A stretch of 64,000 nucleotides of DNA. Source: Opitutales bacterium (GTDB lineage: Bacteria > Verrucomicrobiota > Verrucomicrobiia > Opitutales > UBA2987). The position numbers and the translations under genes were made by a program. Below, piece after piece: positions 9,771 through 18,722 of this stretch; position 1 is the stretch's first letter; every line of letters starts with the position of its first letter. The notes beneath the pieces were generated by a model. The model searched no databases. It had not been told where the DNA came from and saw nothing but the letters and a program-made list of their open reading frames with translations. The stretch covers positions 8,483-72,482 of the forward strand of contig JAJFLV010000234.1 in the NCBI GenBank assembly GCA_021772535.1. The letters are read 5' to 3'.

Positions 9771-12700
9771 TTAGTTAATCTTTTCGATTTTGAGCCGCAT
9801 GAATCGAGAAGTAATCTCATCGATGGGAACAAAATCCCTTACCGTAATCCGCACCGCTTGACCAAGTGGTGTTAGAGAAAATACCTGGGTGTCATGAATA
9901 ATTCCGCCGGGGCCGGTCAGGATGCTGGTCTCCAGAAAGGGTGGCTCGATAAAATATATGGGCGAAAAATTAACCCCGTTATTGGATATTTCCACCGTGT
10001 ACAAGAGATCGGTGGCAAAGGCGTTGAATTCGAAAGTCAAACCCAAAAATTGTTCTCCATTGACGAGGATAACGCCAGGAACATTGAGAAGACTGTTACT
10101 TCCTCCGACAACCGTGGCCTCACTCACCCTGGGATTGGTCCCAAGGGCATATTCCTGCAAATTGGTCAGCGTATCGCCATCGGGGTCACCCACCAGATCC
10201 CCTAATGGAATTACATTACGGCCAGCCCAATTATCGAAATTGTCCGGGGCCGGCACCCTTAATTGAAAGGTTTTTATTAAAACATAAGAATTCTGCTCAT
10301 CGGATTCGGTAATGAGATTGCCAAAATCGATATCGATAACCAGGAAAAAGTTGAAGAACTCCAGTACGGATGTGATATCGCCGCCATCGGAAAGGGCTTC
10401 CGATAGTTGGCCGAAGGTTGGCAGTATTAATTCGGTTTCGATTTTCAAAATGCCCCCACTGGGGTTAAGTTCGCTAATCCCCTGCAGCGTTTCGAAAAAT
10501 TCTAAGCGGTTGCCGTCAGCTAGTGTGAGGTCTTTCACGAATACGGACAGACCCAGAATATCTTCCACATCGGCGGCATTGTTGACCAGGTTGTTGACTG
10601 GAATCCCGATGAAATTAGGCGCGGTTCCTTCGAAAAGTCGCACTCTTTCAATCACTGGGACATTTCCAACGGTAGATTCCAAACCCCGGTTGCGGATGTT
10701 GAAATCCAGATTTATGGCTCCTTCAATGAAATATTCTTTCGTACTATCGAAACCCACGTTTTCAAGAATCAGGTCCGGCCTGCGGGACACGCTGACTGAA
10801 CGAGAAGGGGTAAACAAAAGATTATTATCGGTATCGGTAAAACGTTCGAAATCATTCGGTTGATACTCCTCGAACCGGTTGAGGAAATCGATATATGCGA
10901 CCACGAAATAATCCCCGGTCGGGGTATTGAGTGGAAATTCGACATCGCCACTGAATGAGATTATGAGCCCCTCGGAGGTATTTTCTACGCGAGCAAATAT
11001 GCCCAAAGGTATATCGTCCTCATTGCCGAAGACCCTGTCGGAAGAGAGCGCCACGGTAATATCGGAGGGGGTTATGTCAGTCAGCTCAGGAACATTGGCT
11101 CCACGGTTTTTAGCCACTATTGTCATGGGCAGCTTATCCCTGTCGGCATCGTCTCGGCGGTCCAGAATGTATTCGCCGGGGACTACCGAGAGGGTGGTAA
11201 CGAGGAGGTCGGGCTTGGTCACCGGGACCACATCGACCTGGTCTACCCAGGCGCTGTCTTCAATGCCTTCCTCCTGATCAACGCTGTTTTTATTATAGGA
11301 CCACTCGATAAAAGGGAAACCGGCCGAAACGAAAAATTCAACTCTGGGTGAAATCGATATGGTTTGCACCTCACGGGTTGAGGCATCACCTTTGACAGTC
11401 TCGATGACAAGGAAGGTGCCCGGCTGCCCGAGGAATTCAGGATCGATTTTGAAGGGACCCCGATCTCCGTTGTCGTTAAAGGTTACGGTATAGGTTCGAG
11501 TACCGTCCGGAGAGGAGAAATCGCCTGCCACCGTCACCCCGCTGCCCACCGAATTGAATTCATTGAGCACGCCGTTCATCTCTTCGGCGGTAACATCGAA
11601 AGGAAAGCCGGAGGTCTTCACACCAAGGTGGGAAATGGAAAAAGTTCCACTCGTAAAGGTCCAGTCGATATCACCGGAGATACGCTCCTGCTCGATATCG
11701 CCAATGCCGAAACTGAGGAAATTAAAACTCTCGGTGGAGGATACTTTCCAATAAAAACTGACGATGGCCGGGCCATCTACACTGGTCCTCACATTTGCTT
11801 GCTGCCCTACCAGTAAAGGAGAGGACTGGGCTGACGAGTTGCTGCCGTCGATGGGAACAAACTTTCCATTTTGCCCAAACCAAGTGGAATCGCCCGTGGT
11901 TTGCCAGCCATTAGGAGAATCGAAGCCGGGGGCGTTGAGGGCTGAGGCCAGATCAATCGTCGGCTGAATGCTCAAGAGACTGGAAGAGGTAAACAATTCG
12001 TTGTTGGTCTCGTCCGATTCGGCAATATCGCCCAGCACATCGACAAGCACTCCGACAAAATATTCGTTTGGCAGAGCGATGTTTATGGGGACGTTCAACT
12101 GACGATTGAAAACAACCGTTTCCCCTGCCGGCAGACCGTCATCGGTCTCAAAGGTATCAAGGATAAAATCGTTGCGCACGACATCGCCCTCATCATCGAA
12201 TTGCTGATCGGTGGATATGCGAATTTGCACCCGAAAGGGCGGCGAGGTAGGAACATCCGAGACTCCCTGATTGGTAATGGAGACATCTACCTCGAAGGGC
12301 GCCCCAGCGGTGAGAAATTCGCCCTCGGCCAAAATCGGGGACACATCAATATTCGTCGCCAGCAGGTCCGGGCTGGTAGTGCGGACAAAGTCCACCCAGC
12401 CGGCATCCTGCCCTTGGGATACGCTCCCATCCTTGCTGTAAACCCACCGCAGAACATGCGCCCCCGGCTGTAGGGTGAAACTTTTTTCCTCCCAGTCAAC
12501 TTCACCGGAAATGAAATCCTGCTCCACCTCGTCAATAAAGAAAGTGAGGGCATCGAATTTGACTACATCTCCTTCCCCATCGACAATGATGCTTCTTTCG
12601 GAGGATACTTTCCAGGCAAAGCTGATCACCTCGGGTTGATCCCCGACGGTCGTGAAATCAACCTCGAAGGTAGCCGTGTCTCCATTGTCGATATCGCTGC

Positions 12701-15700
12701 TCTGGACGGCATCGTGGCCCGCCTGCTGGATAAACGCCTCGTCCGTCTGCCCGAACCATGGATAGTTCTGGTCGGCATTGTCCAACCTCTCATTGCGGTA
12801 AATGCGCCCTGCGTTATCGTCCACCGCTTCGGCTATGGGGATTTCCGAAAACATGATTTCCTGGGTGTCGGTGGAACCGATGGCATTATTGATTTCCTGG
12901 ATTTCGGTGACATCAAAGGAGGAATCGACAACCACACCGAGGAAGAAGCGCTCCCCCGTGGGAGTGTCCGGCTGGATTTCCACGGTGACGTGGTAATTGC
13001 GGCTTTGCCCCACCGGCAATCCCAAGGTTTCGGAAATGGATACTATCGTAAAATCGTCAGCCGAACCAAAATTGATGTCGGAAGAAAGGACGACATCCAA
13101 ATTAAAGGGTGTCGGTTGCCCGGTGTCCGGATTGGTCGGAACATCGGCCAGACCGATATTGATGATCTGGAAATCCAATTCCAGTTTTTCACCGAATATA
13201 AAGAAATAGGGATCCGGATCGACCGGTACGGTGGGGTCGGGTTCGAGCGGTGGAATCGGAAATCGCGGATTAAAGTCGAGGGTCAGCGGGATGATGTCCG
13301 GCCGCGGTTCGACCGTCAGATCCGGGCTCGCGGCAATGAAGAAATTGTTTTCTTCGTTGATTTCATCAATGATGTTGCCACTGTCCAACTGAACGATGAG
13401 AAAATAGTTGCCGGCCGGGACGTTGGCCCCGATTTCCAAGGAGGCAAAATAACCAAACCGATCGTCCGCGTCGAGTTCCGGAAAACGTTCCAAAGTTCCC
13501 AGCACGACATCACCATCCAAAGTGTTCGGGTCGCGATCTAGGGATAAGGTAACGGTTACTTCAAAATCTTCCATAACGACCTGACCCTGGTTGCTTCCCA
13601 AAACTGTAACCGGTAACCGATTCTGTAGAGGCACAAGGATGCCTGGGGTAAAAGATGTGCTTACCATGACGATGTCCTTGCCTTCGAGGGCTACCAGTTC
13701 GACACCGTCCACCCATCCGGTATCGGCGGCAGCATCGTTGAACGGGGTTCCCTGACTATAGGTCCAACGGACTTTGTTGATCTCTGCCGGCAGGGTAAAA
13801 ATTACCCGTTCAAAGGGATTGTCGCCGAAAATACGCCCATCCTCCTGCTCTGCTCCATCGACACTGAAGGAAAGAAAATTATCCGGGCTGCTGGTATTGG
13901 CCTGCCAAAAAAAGGATATGCGGCTGGGTCCAGGCACGGTGGCCTCGAAAAATGCCGTTTCGCCCGATTCCAAAGGTGGACTTTCGGCAGCATCATCATT
14001 TCCCACAGGAGCGTCAACACCGGTATATATAAAAGTGCTCTGTCCGAACCAGGAGTTGTCCCCACCGGTGGTGAACTGGATGGGCCCGTCCAGGTCGGGA
14101 TTGTCCAAGGCCTCGACCAGATCGATCCCGGTCACCTCAATTTCAGAAGTTGGCGGGATAAATACGTTATTGTCTTCACCTCCCTCTGTAATTTCATTGA
14201 TGTCATCGTTGACATCGACTTGGGCGATGATCCGGTAATTGCCCACTGGCAGGGCACGCGGCAAATCAAGGGTGACGGAGCGGGTGACCGTAGCTCCTGC
14301 ATTAACGCCGTCCGCAATGTTGAAATTGTCTTCCAAAACGATGTCGCCCGTGTCGTCGGGAACCCCATTTTCGGAAAGAAGCAGCCTGACGTCGAAATCG
14401 CCCTCCTCTCCCGCAACCAAGCGACCATTTCCACTATTGGAAACTTGTATGTCGAAATTCAGGGTGTCTCCGCCCAAAAAAGGAACGCCGCTGAGATCGA
14501 GATTGGCCACTGCAATGGTGAGGTCGGGCCTGAATTCGAGCGCTTCAGCAATGGTTCCATCGTTGTTCTCCTCCTCTGTTTCATTGACCGCTTCGGTGGT
14601 ATCGGCTCGCCCCACGATGAAAAAGGTGCCCGCATCGATTGGGTTGGGCAGGACGACTTGGGTATCTACAGTCAGGCCCAGGCTACCGCCAATTGCGCCG
14701 CTGGCCACAATGGGGCCACCCCCGGGCGGTGCCAGGGCAATGTCTCCACTGTCAAAAACGTTATCTTCGCTGAATCTCAGTTCTATCTGTATGCCGGAAT
14801 TTTCTGGAATCGTTTTTGTGCCCGCATTGACCAGAAAAATGTTCACATTAACGATACCGCCAGGGGAGGGATTGTCGGGATTTACGAGGATGGTATCGAT
14901 GGTTATGTCCGGGATGCCGAAAAAAGATCCGCTAAATCCATCCGTATCTAAGGGCGTTGCGAGAATGGTATTGTTACCCAATTGACCCTGATCGTTGGTT
15001 CCGGAGGAAAAGACGACGCCATTGCCATCGGCGAGCGCTGAAAAGCTGTCGCCGGCAGCAATTGCAGACCAATTACTGAGGGAACCGAGTTGGACTGGTT
15101 CATCCCTTATATGATTCTCAAAAATGGGTTGCTGGGATGCGTCGAATATAGGCAAACCCAATTGAATGGACCCGTTAGATCCCCAGCCCCAAAGCGTTCC
15201 ATCGGTTTTAAGAGCCAGCGCATGAGTGGAACTGCCATCGACCCTGTTCCAATTCGATTCCGCACCCACTTGAGTCGGGATTAAAGAAGAAAATACGTCT
15301 TTTCCCTGTCCCAATTGGGGAGCGCCACTGAATCCCCAGGCAAAGAGGCTGCCACTTGCATTGATGGCGAATGAGGAAGAGTTGGCGGCGGAAATCCGGG
15401 ACCAATCGGAAGATGTGCCTACCTGTGTAACAGTGATTATGGGTAGTCCGGGCGATATTCCCAGGCCCAATTGCGCGGAACCGTTATTTCCCCAGGCTTG
15501 CAGGACACCAGAAGTCCGAATGGCCAATACATGCCCCACCCCGGCGGATATGGCCGTGTAAAATTGATCTTCGTCCACTGGCAACGGTTCGGTGGATTGG
15601 GTGATCTCGGTCCGGTTTCGGGCTAGTTGCCCAAGGCTGTTGGAGCCCCAAACAAACAATTTGCCGGAGTTGCGAATCCCAACAGTGAAGCTCGACCCCG

Positions 15701-16103
15701 TAGAAACATGTGTCCAGTCGCTGAAGGATCCCACCTGCACGGGCACTAGGCTGCTTTCCGTACTCCCGGTACCCAGTTGTCCAAATTCGTTGGCGCCCCA
15801 AGTCCACAAAGTGCCGTCTGTCGCGATGGCCGCGGAGTGATTTTCGCCGGCGCTGACATAACGCCAATCGAAATCGGCTCCAATTCGGGTGGGCTGCAGT
15901 TTGTCAATGGTCGCATTATTGCCCAGTTGTCCGAGGGAATTGCCCCCCCAAGCCCATAGGGTATTATTTTCACCGATGACCAGAGTGTGGGACTGGCCAG
16001 CGCTGAGGGTCTGCTGACCGTTGCCGTGAAGGGCAGGCAGCAGCCCTCCCGTGCTCAAGAAGAGCAAAAGCCAGAGAATTGCCAGTTTTTTTACCTTTTT
16101 CAT
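9771..16103 (-). CDS. Giant secreted RCC1-propeller / CARDB-like Ig-repeat surface protein (about 2110 aa), paralog of the 1-9721 gene
   Basis: The track ORF 9771..16118 starts at TTG. The ATG at 16103 gives a clean signal peptide, MKKVKKLAILWLLLFLSTGGLLPALHG. Seven RCC1 blades are present (LWAWGGNSLGQLG, LWTWGANEFGQLG, LFVWGSNSLGQLA, LQAWGNNGSAQLG, LFAWGFSGAPQLG, LWGWGSNGSIQLG, SSGTNDQGQLG), with S-A-G-x-x-H-x-x-A-I signatures. CARDB-like units carry acidic-NN motifs (EEENNDG, GGEDNNVF, EINEENNFF, EIQEINNAI, ESDETNNELF, DTDNNLLF). There are three W-F-G-Q modules and a C-terminal DPDGDTLTNLQEYALGTNP motif. Confidence 0.9.
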   Translation of the reverse strand: MKKVKKLAILWLLLFLSTGGLLPALHGNGQQTLSAGQSHTLVIGENNTLWAWGGNSLGQLGNNATIDKLQPTRIGADFDWRYVSAGENHSAAIATDGTLWTWGANEFGQLGTGSTESSLVPVQVGSFSDWTHVSTGSSFTVGIRNSGKLFVWGSNSLGQLARNRTEITQSTEPLPVDEDQFYTAISAGVGHVLAIRTSGVLQAWGNNGSAQLGLGISPGLPIITVTQVGTSSDWSRISAANSSSFAINASGSLFAWGFSGAPQLGQGKDVFSSLIPTQVGAESNWNRVDGSSTHALALKTDGTLWGWGSNGSIQLGLPIFDASQQPIFENHIRDEPVQLGSLSNWSAIAAGDSFSALADGNGVVFSSGTNDQGQLGNNTILATPLDTDGFSGSFFGIPDITIDTILVNPDNPSPGGIVNVNIFLVNAGTKTIPENSGIQIELRFSEDNVFDSGDIALAPPGGGPIVASGAIGGSLGLTVDTQVVLPNPIDAGTFFIVGRADTTEAVNETEEENNDGTIAEALEFRPDLTIAVANLDLSGVPFLGGDTLNFDIQVSNSGNGRLVAGEEGDFDVRLLLSENGVPDDTGDIVLEDNFNIADGVNAGATVTRSVTLDLPRALPVGNYRIIAQVDVNDDINEITEGGEDNNVFIPPTSEIEVTGIDLVEALDNPDLDGPIQFTTGGDNSWFGQSTFIYTGVDAPVGNDDAAESPPLESGETAFFEATVPGPSRISFFWQANTSSPDNFLSFSVDGAEQEDGRIFGDNPFERVIFTLPAEINKVRWTYSQGTPFNDAAADTGWVDGVELVALEGKDIVMVSTSFTPGILVPLQNRLPVTVLGSNQGQVVMEDFEVTVTLSLDRDPNTLDGDVVLGTLERFPELDADDRFGYFASLEIGANVPAGNYFLIVQLDSGNIIDEINEENNFFIAASPDLTVEPRPDIIPLTLDFNPRFPIPPLEPDPTVPVDPDPYFFIFGEKLELDFQIINIGLADVPTNPDTGQPTPFNLDVVLSSDINFGSADDFTIVSISETLGLPVGQSRNYHVTVEIQPDTPTGERFFLGVVVDSSFDVTEIQEINNAIGSTDTQEIMFSEIPIAEAVDDNAGRIYRNERLDNADQNYPWFGQTDEAFIQQAGHDAVQSSDIDNGDTATFEVDFTTVGDQPEVISFAWKVSSERSIIVDGEGDVVKFDALTFFIDEVEQDFISGEVDWEEKSFTLQPGAHVLRWVYSKDGSVSQGQDAGWVDFVRTTSPDLLATNIDVSPILAEGEFLTAGAPFEVDVSITNQGVSDVPTSPPFRVQIRISTDQQFDDEGDVVRNDFILDTFETDDGLPAGETVVFNRQLNVPINIALPNEYFVGVLVDVLGDIAESDETNNELFTSSSLLSIQPTIDLASALNAPGFDSPNGWQTTGDSTWFGQNGKFVPIDGSNSSAQSSPLLVGQQANVRTSVDGPAIVSFYWKVSSTESFNFLSFGIGDIEQERISGDIDWTFTSGTFSISHLGVKTSGFPFDVTAEEMNGVLNEFNSVGSGVTVAGDFSSPDGTRTYTVTFNDNGDRGPFKIDPEFLGQPGTFLVIETVKGDASTREVQTISISPRVEFFVSAGFPFIEWSYNKNSVDQEEGIEDSAWVDQVDVVPVTKPDLLVTTLSVVPGEYILDRRDDADRDKLPMTIVAKNRGANVPELTDITPSDITVALSSDRVFGNEDDIPLGIFARVENTSEGLIISFSGDVEFPLNTPTGDYFVVAYIDFLNRFEEYQPNDFERFTDTDNNLLFTPSRSVSVSRRPDLILENVGFDSTKEYFIEGAINLDFNIRNRGLESTVGNVPVIERVRLFEGTAPNFIGIPVNNLVNNAADVEDILGLSVFVKDLTLADGNRLEFFETLQGISELNPSGGILKIETELILPTFGQLSEALSDGGDITSVLEFFNFFLVIDIDFGNLITESDEQNSYVLIKTFQLRVPAPDNFDNWAGRNVIPLGDLVGDPDGDTLTNLQEYALGTNPRVSEATVVGGSNSLLNVPGVILVNGEQFLGLTFEFNAFATDLLYTVEISNNGVNFSPIYFIEPPFLETSILTGPGGIIHDTQVFSLTPLGQAVRITVRDFVPIDEITSRFMRLKIEKIN
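14934..16022 (-). other. RCC1 beta-propeller region of giant protein 1 (approximate bounds)
   Basis: Seven GQLG-type blades in the track translation, about aa 33-395. Confidence 0.8.
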
Positions 16104-16122
16104 AGGTCGTGGGGGCAAATGA

Positions 16123-18054
16123 TTACCAGTCTAACCTCTTCTTCTTATTGGGCCGATCCTCATCGAAATCTTTGTAATTGCCTTTGCTTTGTTGGGATTG
16201 AATGGCTTCCAACTGTTGGCGAAGCTTGGACTCGGCTTTCAAGTTATCCATATTATCGCGGGCTTCCTGTAAATCATCATAGAGCCGCTGTAAGTCTTCA
16301 GGAGTTTCCGCCCCCGGTAATTCGCTGCTCTTGATGCCCATCTGATACAGGGCGCTGGGAGAAAATATATCTTTATAAGTGCTCCCGTCTGGATTGAGGG
16401 TTTTGGCCGTGACAAAGATAATCAGATTTCGGCGGTCCTTGGTGTCGCTTCGGTTACGAAACAATTTACCCAATCCGGGGATGTCACTCAACAAGGGGAC
16501 ACGGGTGTGGTTGTTTATAATGGTTTGTTCAATAAGGCCTCCAATGGCCAGGGTAAAACCATCTTTAATCGTTATGGTGCTTTCAGTTTTGCGGGTGGTA
16601 ATGATGGGGATTTCCGCACCTGCGGCGCCACCGAAATTGACCGTTCCGGCACGGCTGCTCACTTCCGGCCGGATATTCAAGTTGATAAAACCGGCGCTGT
16701 TCACATGCGGGGTCACCTGTAGAATGATGCCAATGGCCTTGAAGGTAAATCCGCTGACCTCGAAAGAACCTCGCTCATCGTTATAATTGTAATCAGGTAT
16801 GGGAAACTCCTCGCCGATGTTGATCATGGCCGGGGTGTTGTTGAGCGTTACTACGGTTGGATTGGAAACCAGTTTCGTGTCGCTCAAAGTTTCCAGGGCG
16901 CTGAGCACCACATTGAAGGCCTGGGCGGAGAAAACAGCGGTGTCGATCCGGCCCGTGGCCGCACTGTTGATCACCCCGAGGGTTTTGCTCAGGGTGTTGT
17001 TGATCGTTCCGGTGACGGTGCTGCCAACGGTATTGTTGCCCGTCGTGTTGACACTGTCGCTGTTGGTAATGTTGGTCGTACTGGTGGGAAGCCCCGGCAC
17101 TGGAATACTGGAAGTAAAATTGGTTGAATTGTTCGTAGTCGAGTCCGTTGCCGAGGTGTTGGCATTATTATTGGTTGTATCGGTGGCATTGCTGCTGGAA
17201 TTGGTGTTGTCATCCGTTCTGGTCAGCGACCTATCCCTGGTGAAATCGCGCTGAAAGGGACCGCCGGTCAGTTGGTATGAATTGAGTGAGGACCAGTTGA
17301 CCCCCAGGTTTATGGCATCGCGATTGGTTACTTCGACAAATTTCGATTCGATCATGACCTGCGCGGTGGGCCGGTCCAGCCGCTCAATGATTTCCTGGAT
17401 GTTGCCCATGCGGGTGGGCGGGGCGGTTATGACCAGGGCATTGCTCCGGGAATCCACTTGTACGCGGCCCCCAGGCCCGATAAGTGGGGTGACCGAGCTT
17501 TGTATTTCAGTCGCATTGGCGAAATTAACAACGAATATCTGGGTAACCGGTTTTTCCTGCTCCAGGTCCACATTGCTCCTGATTTTAATGATGTTGCGGT
17601 CCTCGAAGAAACTGAATCCGAGGGGTTCGAGGATGACATCAAAAACCTGCCTCCAGGTTACATTGCGTAATTTTATCGTCGTGCTGCCGACCAGGGTGTC
17701 GGGAATAACCACATTGAGGTCGTAAAGATCGGCCACATTGCTGATGATGACACGGACCTCTTCGTCGGGAAAATCCACTGAGATGGTTTCCTCTTCTCGG
17801 GAGAGTTCGGCTTCTCGCTCCTGCTGGCCTGGGGATGAAAATTCGACCTCCCCGGCAACTGGCACAGCCAGATTTAACTCGGGGGATTGGGCCGGGGCGG
17901 TCACCCTCCTTCCGGTTGATGGCGCCGGGGCGGTAAATTCAACCTGCTCGTCGCCTTGAGACTCGGGTTCTTCGATCAGGGGGGGCTCCTGTCCCCATGC
18001 CGCGACGGCGGAGAGCAGAAGAACCAGGGGAATGTTGCGTGTCGGGCGAATCAT
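16123..18054 (-). CDS. pilQ: Outer-membrane secretin (type IV pilus PilQ-like; type II/III secretion system secretin family)
   Basis: 643 aa. Signal peptide MIRPTRNIPLVLLLSAVAAWG. N-terminal STN/N0-like segment (ISVDFPDEEVRVIISNVADLYDLNVVIPDTLVGSTTIKLRNVTWRQVF). The C-terminal secretin core has the hallmark VPLLSDIPGLGKLFR and NLIIFVTAKTL. It follows pilMNOP-like genes. Confidence 0.88.
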   Translation of the reverse strand: MIRPTRNIPLVLLLSAVAAWGQEPPLIEEPESQGDEQVEFTAPAPSTGRRVTAPAQSPELNLAVPVAGEVEFSSPGQQEREAELSREEETISVDFPDEEVRVIISNVADLYDLNVVIPDTLVGSTTIKLRNVTWRQVFDVILEPLGFSFFEDRNIIKIRSNVDLEQEKPVTQIFVVNFANATEIQSSVTPLIGPGGRVQVDSRSNALVITAPPTRMGNIQEIIERLDRPTAQVMIESKFVEVTNRDAINLGVNWSSLNSYQLTGGPFQRDFTRDRSLTRTDDNTNSSSNATDTTNNNANTSATDSTTNNSTNFTSSIPVPGLPTSTTNITNSDSVNTTGNNTVGSTVTGTINNTLSKTLGVINSAATGRIDTAVFSAQAFNVVLSALETLSDTKLVSNPTVVTLNNTPAMINIGEEFPIPDYNYNDERGSFEVSGFTFKAIGIILQVTPHVNSAGFINLNIRPEVSSRAGTVNFGGAAGAEIPIITTRKTESTITIKDGFTLAIGGLIEQTIINNHTRVPLLSDIPGLGKLFRNRSDTKDRRNLIIFVTAKTLNPDGSTYKDIFSPSALYQMGIKSSELPGAETPEDLQRLYDDLQEARDNMDNLKAESKLRQQLEAIQSQQSKGNYKDFDEDRPNKKKRLDW

Positions 18055-18121
18055 AGTTCGTGCCTTTTTTAGTGGTTAAATTGGAATGTCCAAGAGGAGG
18101 TTGCTAGGGTTACTTAATTGT

Positions 18122-18721
18122 TCAATTATTTCCGCTATCCCGGGAAATTACGCTATCTTTAGAAGTGGTTATCTTAAAGGATTTGGTGATTTCGGCCTCG
18201 TTCAGCCGAAGGGTATAACTGTTGGGGGTGATGGCAGAAACAACGATCTTATACTCCTTGCCCCGTGAATTGGTTGGAATGACATCGCCCACGGTGAGCT
18301 TTCCACCATTGGGGAAGAGGAGCAGACTTCTACGGCTGGTAACCAGGCTGCCCTTGGGGTTAAGCCTGCCGGCCACGGATCTGAGAATGACTTCGTTCGA
18401 AAGATCCTTTGGCTTGGCTTGAGGTTTCGGACGGATGGTATTATCCGCCACAACTCCAGTATCTGCCTCTTCTTCTACTGGTTCCTCTTCAGGTTGAATG
18501 AAGGGACTGAGGGCCGACCGCAAAGACGTATAGAATTCAGGGTCTTCGGAATTAAGGATGGCTCCAGCATTTTGCACCATTTTTTCCCTGTTCTCATTCA
18601 GTATAACGAGCTTGAGCGTTTCGTCCTGTGCTTGCAGGAAACCTGAGGAAACAAGAATCAATAAATAATTTCCGATCAAAAACAGCAGGGGATTTGCTCT
18701 ATATAATTTTGGCTTATTCAT
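18122..18721 (-). CDS. PilP-position periplasmic protein (hypothetical, pilus/secretin alignment subcomplex candidate)
   Basis: 199 aa. It has an N-terminal hydrophobic anchor (LLFLIGNYLLILVSSGFLQA), a Pro/Glu-rich linker and a beta-rich C-terminal domain. The assignment rests mainly on its position between the pilO-like gene (1-nt gap) and the secretin. Confidence 0.45.
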   Translation of the reverse strand: MNKPKLYRANPLLFLIGNYLLILVSSGFLQAQDETLKLVILNENREKMVQNAGAILNSEDPEFYTSLRSALSPFIQPEEEPVEEEADTGVVADNTIRPKPQAKPKDLSNEVILRSVAGRLNPKGSLVTSRRSLLLFPNGGKLTVGDVIPTNSRGKEYKIVVSAITPNSYTLRLNEAEITKSFKITTSKDSVISRDSGNN

Positions 18722-18722
18722 T

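Noticed and set aside
16103-16118. Track start codons at TTG/GTG for several genes: 16118, 31134, 37222, 62247 and 53943.
   Set aside because: In each case a downstream ATG (16103, 31047, 37162, 62202, 54048) yields a clean signal peptide, TM anchor or family-typical N-terminus. For 31134 it also removes a 71-nt overlap with the upstream gene. The longer versions are kept only as alternatives.
336-16334. Dozens of plus-strand and off-frame minus-strand ORFs of 60-300 aa in the track. Examples are 647-1276, 3129-3683, 4859-5608, 12636-13541, 14220-14951 and 14239-14985.
   Set aside because: They all lie inside the two giant minus-strand genes, whose frames have strong domain signatures. The translations of these ORFs are low-complexity (Gly/Arg/Ser/Pro-rich), carry no motifs, and overlap one another in several frames. 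This is the typical behaviour of shadow ORFs of a long gene.
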